Shown piece by piece: positions 39,955 to 49,895 of a stretch of DNA of 64,000 nt (position 1 is its first letter; each line of letters opens with the position of its first letter). This DNA comes from an uncultured bacterium (GTDB lineage Bacteria; Patescibacteriota; JACMRA01). Position numbers and translations under genes: made by a program. The notes below the pieces were generated by a model, which was given only the letters and a program-made list of their open reading frames with translations, did no database searches and had not been told where the DNA came from. Location: NCBI GenBank assembly GCA_963784355.1, contig CAWAQU010000007.1, positions 32,001 to 96,000 of the forward strand, written 5' to 3'.

Positions 39955-41316
39955 ATGCTTAAACCTGTAGTTTTGAAAAATGGTCTAACTGTTCTAAAGT
40001 TCCCAAAGCCCGGTAGTAATATATTTTTAACCGGATTTATTGCTTCCACCGGATCGGCAATGGAAGAAGGCTATTTCCCTCAAGGTATTAGTCATTTAGT
40101 AGAAAGAATGTTTTGGTGCGGCACTGATAAGCATACTTCCACAAGAAGCTTAAACTTGACTTTGGAAGGGATGGGAGGAAATTTTACCAGCCAAGTCAAT
40201 CAAGAACTCACCCAATTCTATTTAACTGTTCCCAGTTATCACCAGTTTAAAGCAGCTTCAATGTTGGCGGAGTTGATTCAAAGATCATATTTTGATGCTC
40301 GTGATTTGGATAGGGAGAAACGGAATATTGTAGAAGAATTGAAAGATTTTGAGGAGACTTTAGAAAGCGATCATACCCGTCTTGCATTATCAAACTTGTA
40401 TGCGAAATACAATTTAGGCTTTCCTATTGAAGGTACAATTGATAGTGTGATGTCAATTAGTCATGAGGATGTTCAGGAATACATTGCTCACCAGTATAGA
40501 CCGGATAAAAGCTTTTTGGTAATTGCTGGAAATTTTGATAATAAGTCAATCATGGAATTAATTGAGCAAGAATGGAACTATTGGAATCCAAGGCTAAAAA
40601 AACATATTGAGCCATTTGAATTTCATAAAGAGGATATTGGTGAATTACCCAGAGTAGTGTACCGCCAGAGAGGTTTTGCTCAAACTCAGTTGGTCTTCGG
40701 ATTTTTACTAGACGAGGGCATGCAATCGCCTGCTTTGGCTAAGCAAGAAGAAAATCCTTTGAACGTCGATACAAAAGCCATCCTTGATAAAATGTTAATT
40801 AAATGGGCCGATTTACTTATCCTAAATACCATATTAGGGCAAGGTCTGTCTTCCAGATTGTGGGCTAAAGGTGTGGAAGAAGAGCTGTTGTTTAATAAAA
40901 TTTATAGTGAAGTTGTTAGATTTAGGGCAACAGGATTGTTACAAATTGCGGGCAGTATTGATAATAGCCAATTTTCGTTTGGACTTGAAAGCATTTTGTC
41001 TGTACTTGAAGCTTTGAAAAAAACCACCGTATCAATCAACGAGTTATCAAAAGCCAAAGAATATCTAAAAGGTAAACTAATTCTTTCTCATGAGGATTTA
41101 TTAGGTGCTACGAGCTGGCAAGTGGAAAATTTAATTGGCTCTGAGTTGACTTTTGAGCTTGACGATTTATTGGAAAAAATTGATAGAGTTGAGGCACCAG
41201 CAATCAGATCACTTGCGAGCGATTTATTTACTGCTGAGCGGATGACAATTACTACTCTTGGTACCGCTAAAGAAACTAGATTGGTAGATAAACTTATCAG
41301 GAAGTATTTGGTCTAA
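39955..41316 (+). CDS. M16 (pitrilysin/insulinase) family protein, probably non-catalytic
   Basis: GISHLVERMF in place of HxxEH; ILGQGLSSRL. Confidence 0.85.
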   Translation: MLKPVVLKNGLTVLKFPKPGSNIFLTGFIASTGSAMEEGYFPQGISHLVERMFWCGTDKHTSTRSLNLTLEGMGGNFTSQVNQELTQFYLTVPSYHQFKAASMLAELIQRSYFDARDLDREKRNIVEELKDFEETLESDHTRLALSNLYAKYNLGFPIEGTIDSVMSISHEDVQEYIAHQYRPDKSFLVIAGNFDNKSIMELIEQEWNYWNPRLKKHIEPFEFHKEDIGELPRVVYRQRGFAQTQLVFGFLLDEGMQSPALAKQEENPLNVDTKAILDKMLIKWADLLILNTILGQGLSSRLWAKGVEEELLFNKIYSEVVRFRATGLLQIAGSIDNSQFSFGLESILSVLEALKKTTVSINELSKAKEYLKGKLILSHEDLLGATSWQVENLIGSELTFELDDLLEKIDRVEAPAIRSLASDLFTAERMTITTLGTAKETRLVDKLIRKYLV

Positions 41317-41374
41317 GTTTTGCACTAAAATCAAACTAACTCTTAATTATAGCATAATTTAATATTTTTGTTAA

Positions 41375-41686
41375 ATGGATAATCCTATATATAAAGCTAA
41401 GGTATTAAATATCGTTAAAGATATTGAAGAAGGCCAAGTCATGACTTACGGTGATGTTGGTAATATGACAGGTATAAATCCTAGGCTTGTAGGCTGGATT
41501 TTGTCCGGACTCACGGAAGAAGAGCAGCAAACTTACCCCTGGCAAAGGGTTGTAGCTAAAGGTGGCTTGATTTCCAGCTTGAAACTAGGTGCTAGGGGAC
41601 TCCTACAAGTAGAGCTTTTAAAAAAAGAAGGGTTTAAAATTGAAGATGGAAGAATACTTAATTTACCAGGAAATTTGTTTGGTTAG
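41375..41686 (+). CDS. Alkyltransferase-like (ATL/MGMT family) protein
   Basis: GQVMTYGDV, PRLVG, PWQRVV (Trp instead of catalytic Cys). Confidence 0.88.
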   Translation: MDNPIYKAKVLNIVKDIEEGQVMTYGDVGNMTGINPRLVGWILSGLTEEEQQTYPWQRVVAKGGLISSLKLGARGLLQVELLKKEGFKIEDGRILNLPGNLFG

Positions 41687-41740
41687 TTAACATATTTACA
41701 AATTACAGAAATAGTATTTACGTTTATTTTAATAGATACT

Positions 41741-42862
41741 ATGCATACAATATTCTTTATAGCAGGCAGGACAGGAGGTCCGTTTTTTCCTTTGCCCTCG
41801 GTAATTAAAAATTTGGACAATATCAAGCCGGTTATAATTGGTATAAAAGGCGGGTTTGAAGAACGTGCTTCACTGCAAAAAGGTTGGAAAATATTGTTTT
41901 TACCCGATACTAGGCTCACAATACTAACTTTTAAAAAGGAAAAACTAAGGGAAACAATAAAAAATTATTTTGAGTTAGCTATTAATATTTGTTTGTTTGG
42001 ATGGTCAATTTTAAAATCTCTGTATTTCTTGCTGCGATTTAGTCCGAAAATGATATATTCTACAGGTAGTTTTTTGGCTGTCCCAATGACTTTCGCTGCC
42101 AAGTTTACAAATTTTTTGAGACTAACAAATACTAAAATTGTAGTTCATCAACAAGATCCTTTACCTGGTTTAAGTAACAGATTGACTGTAAAATATGCAG
42201 ATTTAGTGAGCTGTGTGTTTGATTATACGAAGTCAAAGTACCCTCAATTTTCAAATGCGAAGCTGGTACCAAACCCGATTGATACAGAATTATACGATGA
42301 AATTGAGAAAAGCTTAACTGTGCAAAATTCAACTCTAAAAAGTTTTTTAAATAAACCAAGTGATAAACCTCTACTTTTAATATTTGGAGGAGGGAGTGGA
42401 TCTGAGGACATCAATGTTTGGACAATTAAAAATTTAGACAGGCTGCTTACAAAATTTAGGATTATACACTTAACTGGACTTCTACAAAAACTGGTCCTAG
42501 AGGAAGTACAGTCAGAGGATTATTTGAGGCTCGAGGCGATTTTCGAGGAAATGCCTTATGTAATGAAAAAAGTCGATTTGGTACTTTGTAGGGCAGGGAT
42601 GGCCTCAATTACAGAGCTCTTATACCTCCAAAAACCAGCTTTTTTAGTGCCTTTACCACATACACATCAGGAAAAAAATGCTGAAATGGTGAAAGACTAT
42701 TTTTATATTCTGGATCAAAAAGATAGACCTGAATGGGCGGACACTATTTTTGAAAACTATCCCAAATTTTTTAGCACAGTGAAATATCTGGATAAGATTA
42801 AGGTTGGAAATGAGCTGAAAGAATATTATGGACAGTTGCAATCTCTTCTTGACAAAAACTAG
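41741..42862 (+). CDS. murG: MurG-like GT28 glycosyltransferase
   Basis: GRTGG, HQQDPLPGLSNR, FGGGSGS, CRAG, VPLP..HQEKNA. Confidence 0.82.
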   Translation: MHTIFFIAGRTGGPFFPLPSVIKNLDNIKPVIIGIKGGFEERASLQKGWKILFLPDTRLTILTFKKEKLRETIKNYFELAINICLFGWSILKSLYFLLRFSPKMIYSTGSFLAVPMTFAAKFTNFLRLTNTKIVVHQQDPLPGLSNRLTVKYADLVSCVFDYTKSKYPQFSNAKLVPNPIDTELYDEIEKSLTVQNSTLKSFLNKPSDKPLLLIFGGGSGSEDINVWTIKNLDRLLTKFRIIHLTGLLQKLVLEEVQSEDYLRLEAIFEEMPYVMKKVDLVLCRAGMASITELLYLQKPAFLVPLPHTHQEKNAEMVKDYFYILDQKDRPEWADTIFENYPKFFSTVKYLDKIKVGNELKEYYGQLQSLLDKN

Positions 42863-42909
42863 CTTCTGGCAAAGATTTGTAGTATTAATCTTTGGGTTAA
42901 AGCATATAT

Positions 42910-42983
42910 ACGGATGTAGTTAAATGGTATAATAGAGGTCTCCAAAACCTCGGTCCAAGGTTCGATTCCTTGTATCCGTGCCA
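42910..42983 (+). tRNA. tRNA-Trp (CCA)
   Basis: ACGGATG/TATCCGT acceptor, GAGGT-CTCCAAA-ACCTC arm, G73, encoded CCA. Confidence 0.94.
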
Positions 42984-43022
42984 CAAGTGTTTTATTTAAA
43001 GCAAAAATACAAATAAAATTTT

Positions 43023-43460
43023 CTATATTCCTCTTTTTAAATATTCACCTACGATTTTAAATACTCGGATCAAAATACAAAGTTTAATTATCGAATTATT
43101 GTAATCTTTTCTTTGGGCTAAATCAAGGTTATGTACTACATTGTTATACTTGTTGAGTAGATAAACTCTATTTTGCTCTGCTATTTCAGCTTCATCATCA
43201 GCATTAAATATCATCGATACGTTTGTATTAATTAACTGAGCAAATCTTCTTAGCGCATAATCAACTATTGACTTTTCGTTTTCATCAAGTAAACTCATAT
43301 CTTCTAGATTTTGTACGCAATCTAAAATGTAATTAGTTAGAGTCTCAACTTCAAATTGTTTTTCTTCATTAGCTTCAAGCTTTTCTTTAACTTCTCTCTC
43401 AGATATTTTTTGGTCATACAGTTTTTGTAGTTCAGCTGTAGATATTTTAAATTCGGACAT
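43023..43460 (-). CDS. Hypothetical helical protein
   Basis: 145-aa ORF convergent on tRNA-Trp. Confidence 0.6.
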   Translation of the reverse strand: MSEFKISTAELQKLYDQKISEREVKEKLEANEEKQFEVETLTNYILDCVQNLEDMSLLDENEKSIVDYALRRFAQLINTNVSMIFNADDEAEIAEQNRVYLLNKYNNVVHNLDLAQRKDYNNSIIKLCILIRVFKIVGEYLKRGI

Positions 43461-43822
43461 AATTATTCAAACTTAGAATAGAAATTTGAGCGTTTTTGAA
43501 ATAATAACTTAATCTTATTTTATTTTTTTATGCTCATGTCAAGAAGTAAACAATCCTTTTGTATATAGAAAAAGATAAGTTTTTAAAAAAATACCCATCT
43601 CCTCGGACATTTATGTATACTAGATTCTTTTGATTTATTTCAAGTCGAGGCGCTCAAAAGTTCATCTATACTATGTGTCTTAAAATTTTTATATTTTCTA
43701 TCTAATTTAGCAAAGATAGATCAAAAGATTTGGATATTGATCAAATGAAAAAAGTATGCAATATTGGGTTTAGATTTCAGGGAGTGCAATTCAGCCCGAA
43801 CTGATTCTAAATGGAGGTTATA

Positions 43823-44065
43823 ATGTCTACATTTGAGCCTGTTACTGTTACCTTTAACGAAAAAGGTCCCAAAGTAAATTTTAACAATATGCTTGTTGAA
43901 GTTGATGAAATTGTAGGTATTAACAATTACGATGGCTTGTACAAAGGCCAGCGGGTAGTACTTAAAATTAGCTCCAAAAAGTTATGTGAGGACGACTTAA
44001 ATAAATATTTAAGCTCACTAAATGAACGGGATGGCTATGTCCTCGTTCCAGGCGTTATTGGCTAA
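43823..44065 (+). CDS. Small hypothetical beta-rich protein (80 aa) with structured UTRs
   Basis: GGAGGT SD before ATG 43823; hairpins on both sides; TTCCAC/GTGGAA terminator ~44157-44180. Confidence 0.65.
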   Translation: MSTFEPVTVTFNEKGPKVNFNNMLVEVDEIVGINNYDGLYKGQRVVLKISSKKLCEDDLNKYLSSLNERDGYVLVPGVIG

Positions 44066-44322
44066 CCTCCCAAATCTGAGTAAGTAATGTTGAGTGTTTT
44101 TAGAGATATAGCATACCTATACATTAACATTCCATTCTTACTCCTTTTCCATAACTTTCCACCCTAAAAGTGGAATTTTTGTTTTAAATTTAAAATTTGA
44201 TAACCCAAAATTCGTTGACAGTAATATTTGTTACCATGTAGACTTAAGACGCTTAAAAAAGCTTAATTCTAGCTTAAATTTTCACAAAAAACTAACAAAT
44301 TTTATAAACAAAAAACATACAT

Positions 44323-45432
44323 ATGCTCGGATTTCCTCTTAATATATTTTTAAATTTATTCAACACAATTTTTTCAGTTGGGCTTATTGTCCTACAAGTT
44401 TACTTATTTAGAAAATGGTATGAAGGTGCGGAATACGCCAATTTATATTTACTTTCAGGTATTTTTTCCACTTTAGTCACACTGTTTGGCAGAAATATTG
44501 TTTTAGCTTTTCTCAGAAAGTCTGATACTGATGAACCAAATGAATTTCGTAGTACTGAATTTACAGATTTGGAAACTAGTGATGGTACTAAAATGAGAAT
44601 AGACTATTTTGGTCCTGAAAATGCTGAAAAGACTTTGATATTTATACCAGGTTGTAGTGCTGACAGTACTCAATGGTATTATGTAAAAAAAGCACTCCAG
44701 GATAAGTATCGCCTTTTGATGTTGGATATACCAGGTTGCGGATTATCCGAAGAACCTAAAAATAGTGACTATAGCTTGGAAAGATATGCAAAAGATCTTG
44801 ATATGGTTGTAAATACCTGCAAAAAACCTCCAATTTTGATAGGTCATAGCATGGGGACTATGATAATTATGGAGTACTACAGATTTTTCTTGCGCGACAA
44901 CAAAACCAAGGTTAAAGCCATAGTTTTATCAAATCCTACATACACTAATCCCCTTAAAACTGCAATCTTTGCACCTCTTTTAAAATTCCTTGAAAAGCCA
45001 CTTTTGGTACCATCACTGTATATACAAAGCTTGATACCGGGAGTTTTTAAAATAATGAACATTCTTAGCTATCTAAACGGGAGCTTGCATCTATCAGTAG
45101 CTTTTACAGGTTTTGCAGGCACTCAAACTAGGCAAGAACTTGATTTTGCAACAAAATATGGACTTAAGACTCCTATAAAAACAGTGGCTCAAAATACACT
45201 TTCTATGCTTAAATACGAAGTTACAGATTTGTTGAGTGAAGTTAGTATCCCAACACAAATCATTGTCGCCACAAAAGATAAAATGACTAAAATAGAAGCT
45301 GGAGAATTTATGTCTGAGAAAATGCCAAACACTACACTAACCATTATACAAAATGCTAGTCACATGGCTTTACTTGAAAAACATGATACTTATACTAAAG
45401 AACTTGGGAACTTTTTAGAAAAAATAGCTTAA
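44323..45432 (+). CDS. Alpha/beta hydrolase with two N-terminal TM helices
   Basis: DIPGCGLS, GHSMG nucleophile elbow, ASH. Confidence 0.9.
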   Translation: MLGFPLNIFLNLFNTIFSVGLIVLQVYLFRKWYEGAEYANLYLLSGIFSTLVTLFGRNIVLAFLRKSDTDEPNEFRSTEFTDLETSDGTKMRIDYFGPENAEKTLIFIPGCSADSTQWYYVKKALQDKYRLLMLDIPGCGLSEEPKNSDYSLERYAKDLDMVVNTCKKPPILIGHSMGTMIIMEYYRFFLRDNKTKVKAIVLSNPTYTNPLKTAIFAPLLKFLEKPLLVPSLYIQSLIPGVFKIMNILSYLNGSLHLSVAFTGFAGTQTRQELDFATKYGLKTPIKTVAQNTLSMLKYEVTDLLSEVSIPTQIIVATKDKMTKIEAGEFMSEKMPNTTLTIIQNASHMALLEKHDTYTKELGNFLEKIA

Positions 45433-45627
45433 TTTAAGCCTTTTCCAATCTGTAATAAAATTGAATTTTTTGACTAATTATCTGGATAAAAAAGGATCTT
45501 TACTTGACAAGTTTTTTAAAATCTTTGTATCTGTACTCACTTTTAGTTTTAGGGTAATTTCTCTATTTCTTAAAATTAGAAGTAAAATAATTACTAATTT
45601 TTAACTTGTATTTTTATGGTATTATCT

Positions 45628-45706
45628 GAAGGTACGGGCGGTAGATCATAAACCGTTGTATAATTGTACTAAGCCTTAAGACTATCACTTTATGTGGTAG
45701 TTTTTT
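45628..45706 (+). ncRNA. Candidate structured leader/sRNA with terminator
   Basis: GCGGT/ACCGT stem, AAGG/CCTT closing pair, then ACTATCAC-tttat-GTGGTAGT + T-run, ~20 nt before the next ATG. Confidence 0.45.
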
Positions 45707-45725
45707 GTAAAACAATTTAAAGAAT

Positions 45726-46571
45726 ATGCCCAAGAAAAAATTCAGTTTCGTTACTTATGGTTTAATAATCTATTTTATTATAGGCTTGATTTTGTTTATT
45801 ACCATTCCCAAGATCAACAATTTTATAGTGCAAAATGATTCAATTTGGTCTTTTTTACAAGGGCTTGGTACAATAGTGGCAGTAGTGGCTTTAGTAATCA
45901 GTTTAATAGATAATAAAGTAAAATCTAATCAAGAGGAGGTAAGATTCAAGCTTGAAACAGATGCATATATTATTCCTATTTCGATACAAGACTATATTAA
46001 ATCAGAAGAAAAAAATATCTTGGTCCATAATTTTAAATTAGATAAAATAAATTATTCGGCAAATCTCAAAGATAAATGGGAGACTGATGTATGGGACATA
46101 TCCGGAATCAATCATAGTATTGTTGATGGTACAGTTTATCCCTATCTTGCTATTAAAAATCAGGGCAAAGTAAATGCAAAGTGGATAAAGATTGAGATCT
46201 GTAGTAAAAAAAATCCAGATAATGATTTAACTAGTGTATTAACCAAATACGAATTTATGCCTGAAAATACTGTAGTAGAAGAATTTAATTCTTTAGAGGT
46301 TGAGAAATCCATAATTTTGTGTGCAGAAGACAAACACTATTTTGTAGAAAACTCAGATCAACCAAAAGTTGATTTTACACGTTCTTTTGGCATTAGAATA
46401 ACCTATTATTCTGACCATTTAGGGCTAAAACAGGAAAATATAAATAAAAAAATAGATAAAGAGGAGCTGACTTTAGTATTTGAAGCTAAAGTAATCAGTA
46501 GGGGGTCTGTTGAGAATTCTGATAAACTACTTTCCTATATTCACATGATTCCTCGAGAGTATAATATTTAG
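45726..46571 (+). CDS. Hypothetical membrane protein (2 TM + soluble beta domain)
   Basis: 281-aa ORF; IKNQGKVNAKWI motif. Confidence 0.65.
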   Translation: MPKKKFSFVTYGLIIYFIIGLILFITIPKINNFIVQNDSIWSFLQGLGTIVAVVALVISLIDNKVKSNQEEVRFKLETDAYIIPISIQDYIKSEEKNILVHNFKLDKINYSANLKDKWETDVWDISGINHSIVDGTVYPYLAIKNQGKVNAKWIKIEICSKKNPDNDLTSVLTKYEFMPENTVVEEFNSLEVEKSIILCAEDKHYFVENSDQPKVDFTRSFGIRITYYSDHLGLKQENINKKIDKEELTLVFEAKVISRGSVENSDKLLSYIHMIPREYNI

Positions 46572-46640
46572 TATATAAAAGAAAAATCACCCACATCAAT
46601 CAAAAATTAATTTGACCGGAAAGGGTGACTAGGAAAATGC

Positions 46641-46715
46641 CTAACTAAAAATGCCTATAAGGCAAGTTACAGCAATTAGAGCAAACGCTATGACCAACAA
46701 AGAAAGTACGAACAT
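46641..46715 (-). CDS. Small hydrophobic peptide (24 aa), type I toxin-like
   Basis: MFVLSLLVIAFALIAVTCLIGIFS; own TTGACG-17-TATCAA promoter, AGGAAG SD, TCACCC/GGGTGA terminator. Confidence 0.65.
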   Translation of the reverse strand: MFVLSLLVIAFALIAVTCLIGIFS

Positions 46716-46909
46716 ATTTCTTCCTAAAAGTAGAAATTGTTTTTTATTGATAGCATATATTTTAACTACCGTCAAAACCTTTTTCTGGGCGATGTATATT
46801 TACCAGTCCTAATTTATTTTAATTTACAGATGCAAGTACTTTAAGTTTTATGACACTCTTGTATCAAATCACCCAACTCAGTTTTAGGTCTAATAACCGT
46901 ATCATTCCA

Positions 46910-48373
46910 CTACAAAATCAATGTTTTTTCCTGAAGCGTATCCTGATCTGTATAAGTAATTTCAAAGGTGTGGTCCTCTAAATTTGCATTCAAAGTAGTA
47001 CACAAGTCAGCTGTTTGCCACTGGATAATCAATCTATTGTCTTCAGAATCCAAAACTTCCATACGACCGTCAAAAGCTTTGTAATTATTTCTAAATTCCA
47101 TTAGCTTGATCAATCTTTGTACAATAGGCCTCTTGGTTTCAATAGATAGCTCCTCCAAGCTGTAATTATGTCTATTGATCTCTCTACCCCAGCCTCCTAC
47201 TTTCTCGCCTTCAAATCTAGCTAAGGCTTCAGTATCATTTTTACCTGCTAGCGCACCTACATAATATACCTGTGGAATTCCAGGAGTATAGAATTGTACA
47301 GCTCTTGCGGTTAGATAAGCATCGTCATTTTGACCTAGAGCAGAGTAATATGTTATATCTAGCTGGTAAACCTCGGCATTGCCGTCACCGTCATAGTTAT
47401 AATTGACACTTGCCCCATGCTCCAGCACATTTTTTACAGTTCTATCAATTTCTTCTTGTTCCATCAAATCTTCACAATCTTTTACAGGAATTCCGTCGTG
47501 AGTATCTAGTGTGGTAATTTGTTTTTTTGGGCAGATCTTCAACCAGTTTTTTAAGTTCTTACTTTTTCCGTCATACAGAGCGTGTAAAGTCATGAATGGA
47601 AGTACAAAATCATAAACTCTAAAGCCTTGCTCAGCAAATTTTAGCTGGTAACTGTAGTGCCCATGAAGTTCAGGTAATAATTCTGCTTCGAAAGCGTCAC
47701 TAAAATTTTTAATCCAGTTAAGAAAATCCCAAATCTCGGGCTCTACAAAAAAACAAGATGTTCCGGCCTTTTTAGTAACATACCCGATAGCGTCAAGTCT
47801 GATCAATTTTACATTGCGTCTCAATAGATAAAGTAAAAATCCTTGATAAACTTTTTTGTAAACAGGTGAATTTATATCTAAGTCGATTTGTTGATCAGAT
47901 TCAAAAGTCTGCCAAATTTTCTCTTTTTTTCCATCAGGAAATTGGATTAAAAATTCCGGAGCATCAGGTTTTCTCAAATAAATCTCTTTTAGTTCCTCTT
48001 TGGGAATGGTACCGCTTGGGTATAGTTTTTTTATCTGCAGAAATAAATCATAATATTCAGAGTCCCTTCCATTTTTTAAATAATCCTGAAAATATTCTGA
48101 CTGTCTAGAAATGTGGTTAGGAATAAAATCTACAGCTAGATTGAAATCATTACCGATTTTTTGAACGTCTTCCCAAGTACCGAAGTTTGGATCTACCATG
48201 TTATAGGTTAGGGGACAGAAACCCCTATCAGCTGAGGATGGATAGAATGGTAAAATGTGTATTCCGCCAAACGCTTTAGGAAAATATTTTTTTAGTACAA
48301 AATGTAGTTCTTGTAAATCATTGCCAAGGCTGTCCGGGTATGAAATTAACTGGACTTGGTTCTTTAAAAACAT
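46910..48373 (-). CDS. GH13_18 sucrose phosphorylase-family enzyme
   Basis: KNQVQLISYPDSLG, HILPFYPSSADRGF, RLDAIGY, LDTHDGI, PGIPQVYYVG, REINRHNY. Confidence 0.93.
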   Translation of the reverse strand: MFLKNQVQLISYPDSLGNDLQELHFVLKKYFPKAFGGIHILPFYPSSADRGFCPLTYNMVDPNFGTWEDVQKIGNDFNLAVDFIPNHISRQSEYFQDYLKNGRDSEYYDLFLQIKKLYPSGTIPKEELKEIYLRKPDAPEFLIQFPDGKKEKIWQTFESDQQIDLDINSPVYKKVYQGFLLYLLRRNVKLIRLDAIGYVTKKAGTSCFFVEPEIWDFLNWIKNFSDAFEAELLPELHGHYSYQLKFAEQGFRVYDFVLPFMTLHALYDGKSKNLKNWLKICPKKQITTLDTHDGIPVKDCEDLMEQEEIDRTVKNVLEHGASVNYNYDGDGNAEVYQLDITYYSALGQNDDAYLTARAVQFYTPGIPQVYYVGALAGKNDTEALARFEGEKVGGWGREINRHNYSLEELSIETKRPIVQRLIKLMEFRNNYKAFDGRMEVLDSEDNRLIIQWQTADLCTTLNANLEDHTFEITYTDQDTLQEKTLIL

Positions 48374-48377
48374 ATTA

Positions 48378-49265
48378 CTATAAATCTTTTACTCGCTCCT
48401 TTAAAAAATTGGTTAAGTCGTCTTTGATATCATCTCTATTTAATGCAAAATCGATTGTAGCTTTCAAAAACCCTGCCGGAGTGCCACAATCATGACCAGG
48501 TGCACTAGGCTTGAGCGCATATAAAGGCTCACTATCTCTTGTCATTTTTGTAAATGCATCTGCTACTCTAATTTCACCGTCGCCAACTGTTGATTCTGCA
48601 GTCTCAAGTAAATTCCAAATCCTTTCATTGATCACTGCGTAACCATTGCTAATCAAAGTTGAAGGAGCCTCTTCTTGTGTTGGTTTTTCTACAAAACCTG
48701 TAACTTGCACAATATCACTGCCTTCAGATATTTCACTATAGGCTAAAATACCATACTTGGAAACTTTCTCGAGCGGAACAAAATCTGTAGCAATAATTGG
48801 CTGCTGTTTTTCCTCAAAGAAATTGATTAATTTTGCAAAAGTTTTATTGCTAGAAGGCATTATGTAGTCGGGAAAAACTACTAAAACCGGTTCTTGTGTG
48901 TCTACAAAAGGCCTGGCGCAGAGTAAAGCATGACCATCTCCCTGCTGTATTGGCTGCCTAACGTAAGCAAAGTGAGCTAATTTAGAAATTCTTTCGACAT
49001 CTTCCAACAATTTGTGCTTACCCTTTTCAACCAATGTATTTTCGAGCTCGTAACTTTTATCGAAGTGGTTTTCAATAGCATTTTTTCCTCTTCCTGTGAC
49101 AAAAATTATTTCTTCAATCCCAGCCTCAACTGCCTCTTCTACTAAATATTGAATGATAGGTTTATCAATTATTGGCATCATTTCTTTTGGTACAGCTTTA
49201 GTAACAGGTAAAAATCTAGTTCCAAATCCTGCTGCAACAAAGATTGCCTTTTTTACTTTTGACAT
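48378..49265 (-). CDS. galU: UTP-glucose-1-phosphate uridylyltransferase
   Basis: AAGFGTRFLPVTKAVPKEM, VEKP, DCG. Confidence 0.93.
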   Translation of the reverse strand: MSKVKKAIFVAAGFGTRFLPVTKAVPKEMMPIIDKPIIQYLVEEAVEAGIEEIIFVTGRGKNAIENHFDKSYELENTLVEKGKHKLLEDVERISKLAHFAYVRQPIQQGDGHALLCARPFVDTQEPVLVVFPDYIMPSSNKTFAKLINFFEEKQQPIIATDFVPLEKVSKYGILAYSEISEGSDIVQVTGFVEKPTQEEAPSTLISNGYAVINERIWNLLETAESTVGDGEIRVADAFTKMTRDSEPLYALKPSAPGHDCGTPAGFLKATIDFALNRDDIKDDLTNFLKERVKDL

Positions 49266-49411
49266 ATTTTTATTAAATTAAGTTATTTTTATATTTTAAA
49301 TTTCAATCTGTGTTTAAAATGGGGACGTGCTCCTTAGAGATTAAATAAAAATTGCAAAATGTCAACAATTTTCTTGACATAAAGATATGAAACAGCTAAA
49401 ATATGGGTGTT

Positions 49412-49828
49412 ATGATAAGCTATTTTTTAGCCAAAACTGATCCTGAAACGTATTCTATTAAAGATTTGAAAAAAGAAAAAGAGACAAATTGGGATGGAGT
49501 GCGTAGCCATCAAGCTGTGCAAGTAATACAAAGTTGGAAACCTGGAGATATAGTAGTCATCTACCATTCTCAAAAAGAAACTAAAATTGTTGGTGTGGCT
49601 GAAGTTACCGGTCTACCGGAAAAAGACTTGAGTGATATTAAAGGTATTAGTTGGTATGCTAAAGTAAAATTTTTGAAGGAATTGCCAAAAGAGAACCAAA
49701 TAACTCTTCAAGAAATCAAACTAACCGGGTTATTTAACGACTTTGCTTTAGTTAGGCAAGGTAGACTATCTACAATGGCCTGCCCGGAGAATTTTGTGGT
49801 TTGGTTAAAAGAAAAGGGAGTCTTGTAA
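49412..49828 (+). CDS. EVE domain protein
   Basis: KTDPETYS, WDGVR, YHS, RLS; ATG 49412 preferred because ATG 49403 abuts the -10 box. Confidence 0.88.
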   Translation: MISYFLAKTDPETYSIKDLKKEKETNWDGVRSHQAVQVIQSWKPGDIVVIYHSQKETKIVGVAEVTGLPEKDLSDIKGISWYAKVKFLKELPKENQITLQEIKLTGLFNDFALVRQGRLSTMACPENFVVWLKEKGVL

Positions 49829-49895
49829 ATTTTTAACTGGGTTGTTTGTAATAAATTTGACAAAAGGTACCCCGATAAGCTAACTATACTTATTA

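Noticed and set aside
43767-44180. Retron or tmRNA interpretation of the structured mini-gene
   Set aside because: No reverse transcriptase nearby and no tRNA-Ala-like ends or tag peptide
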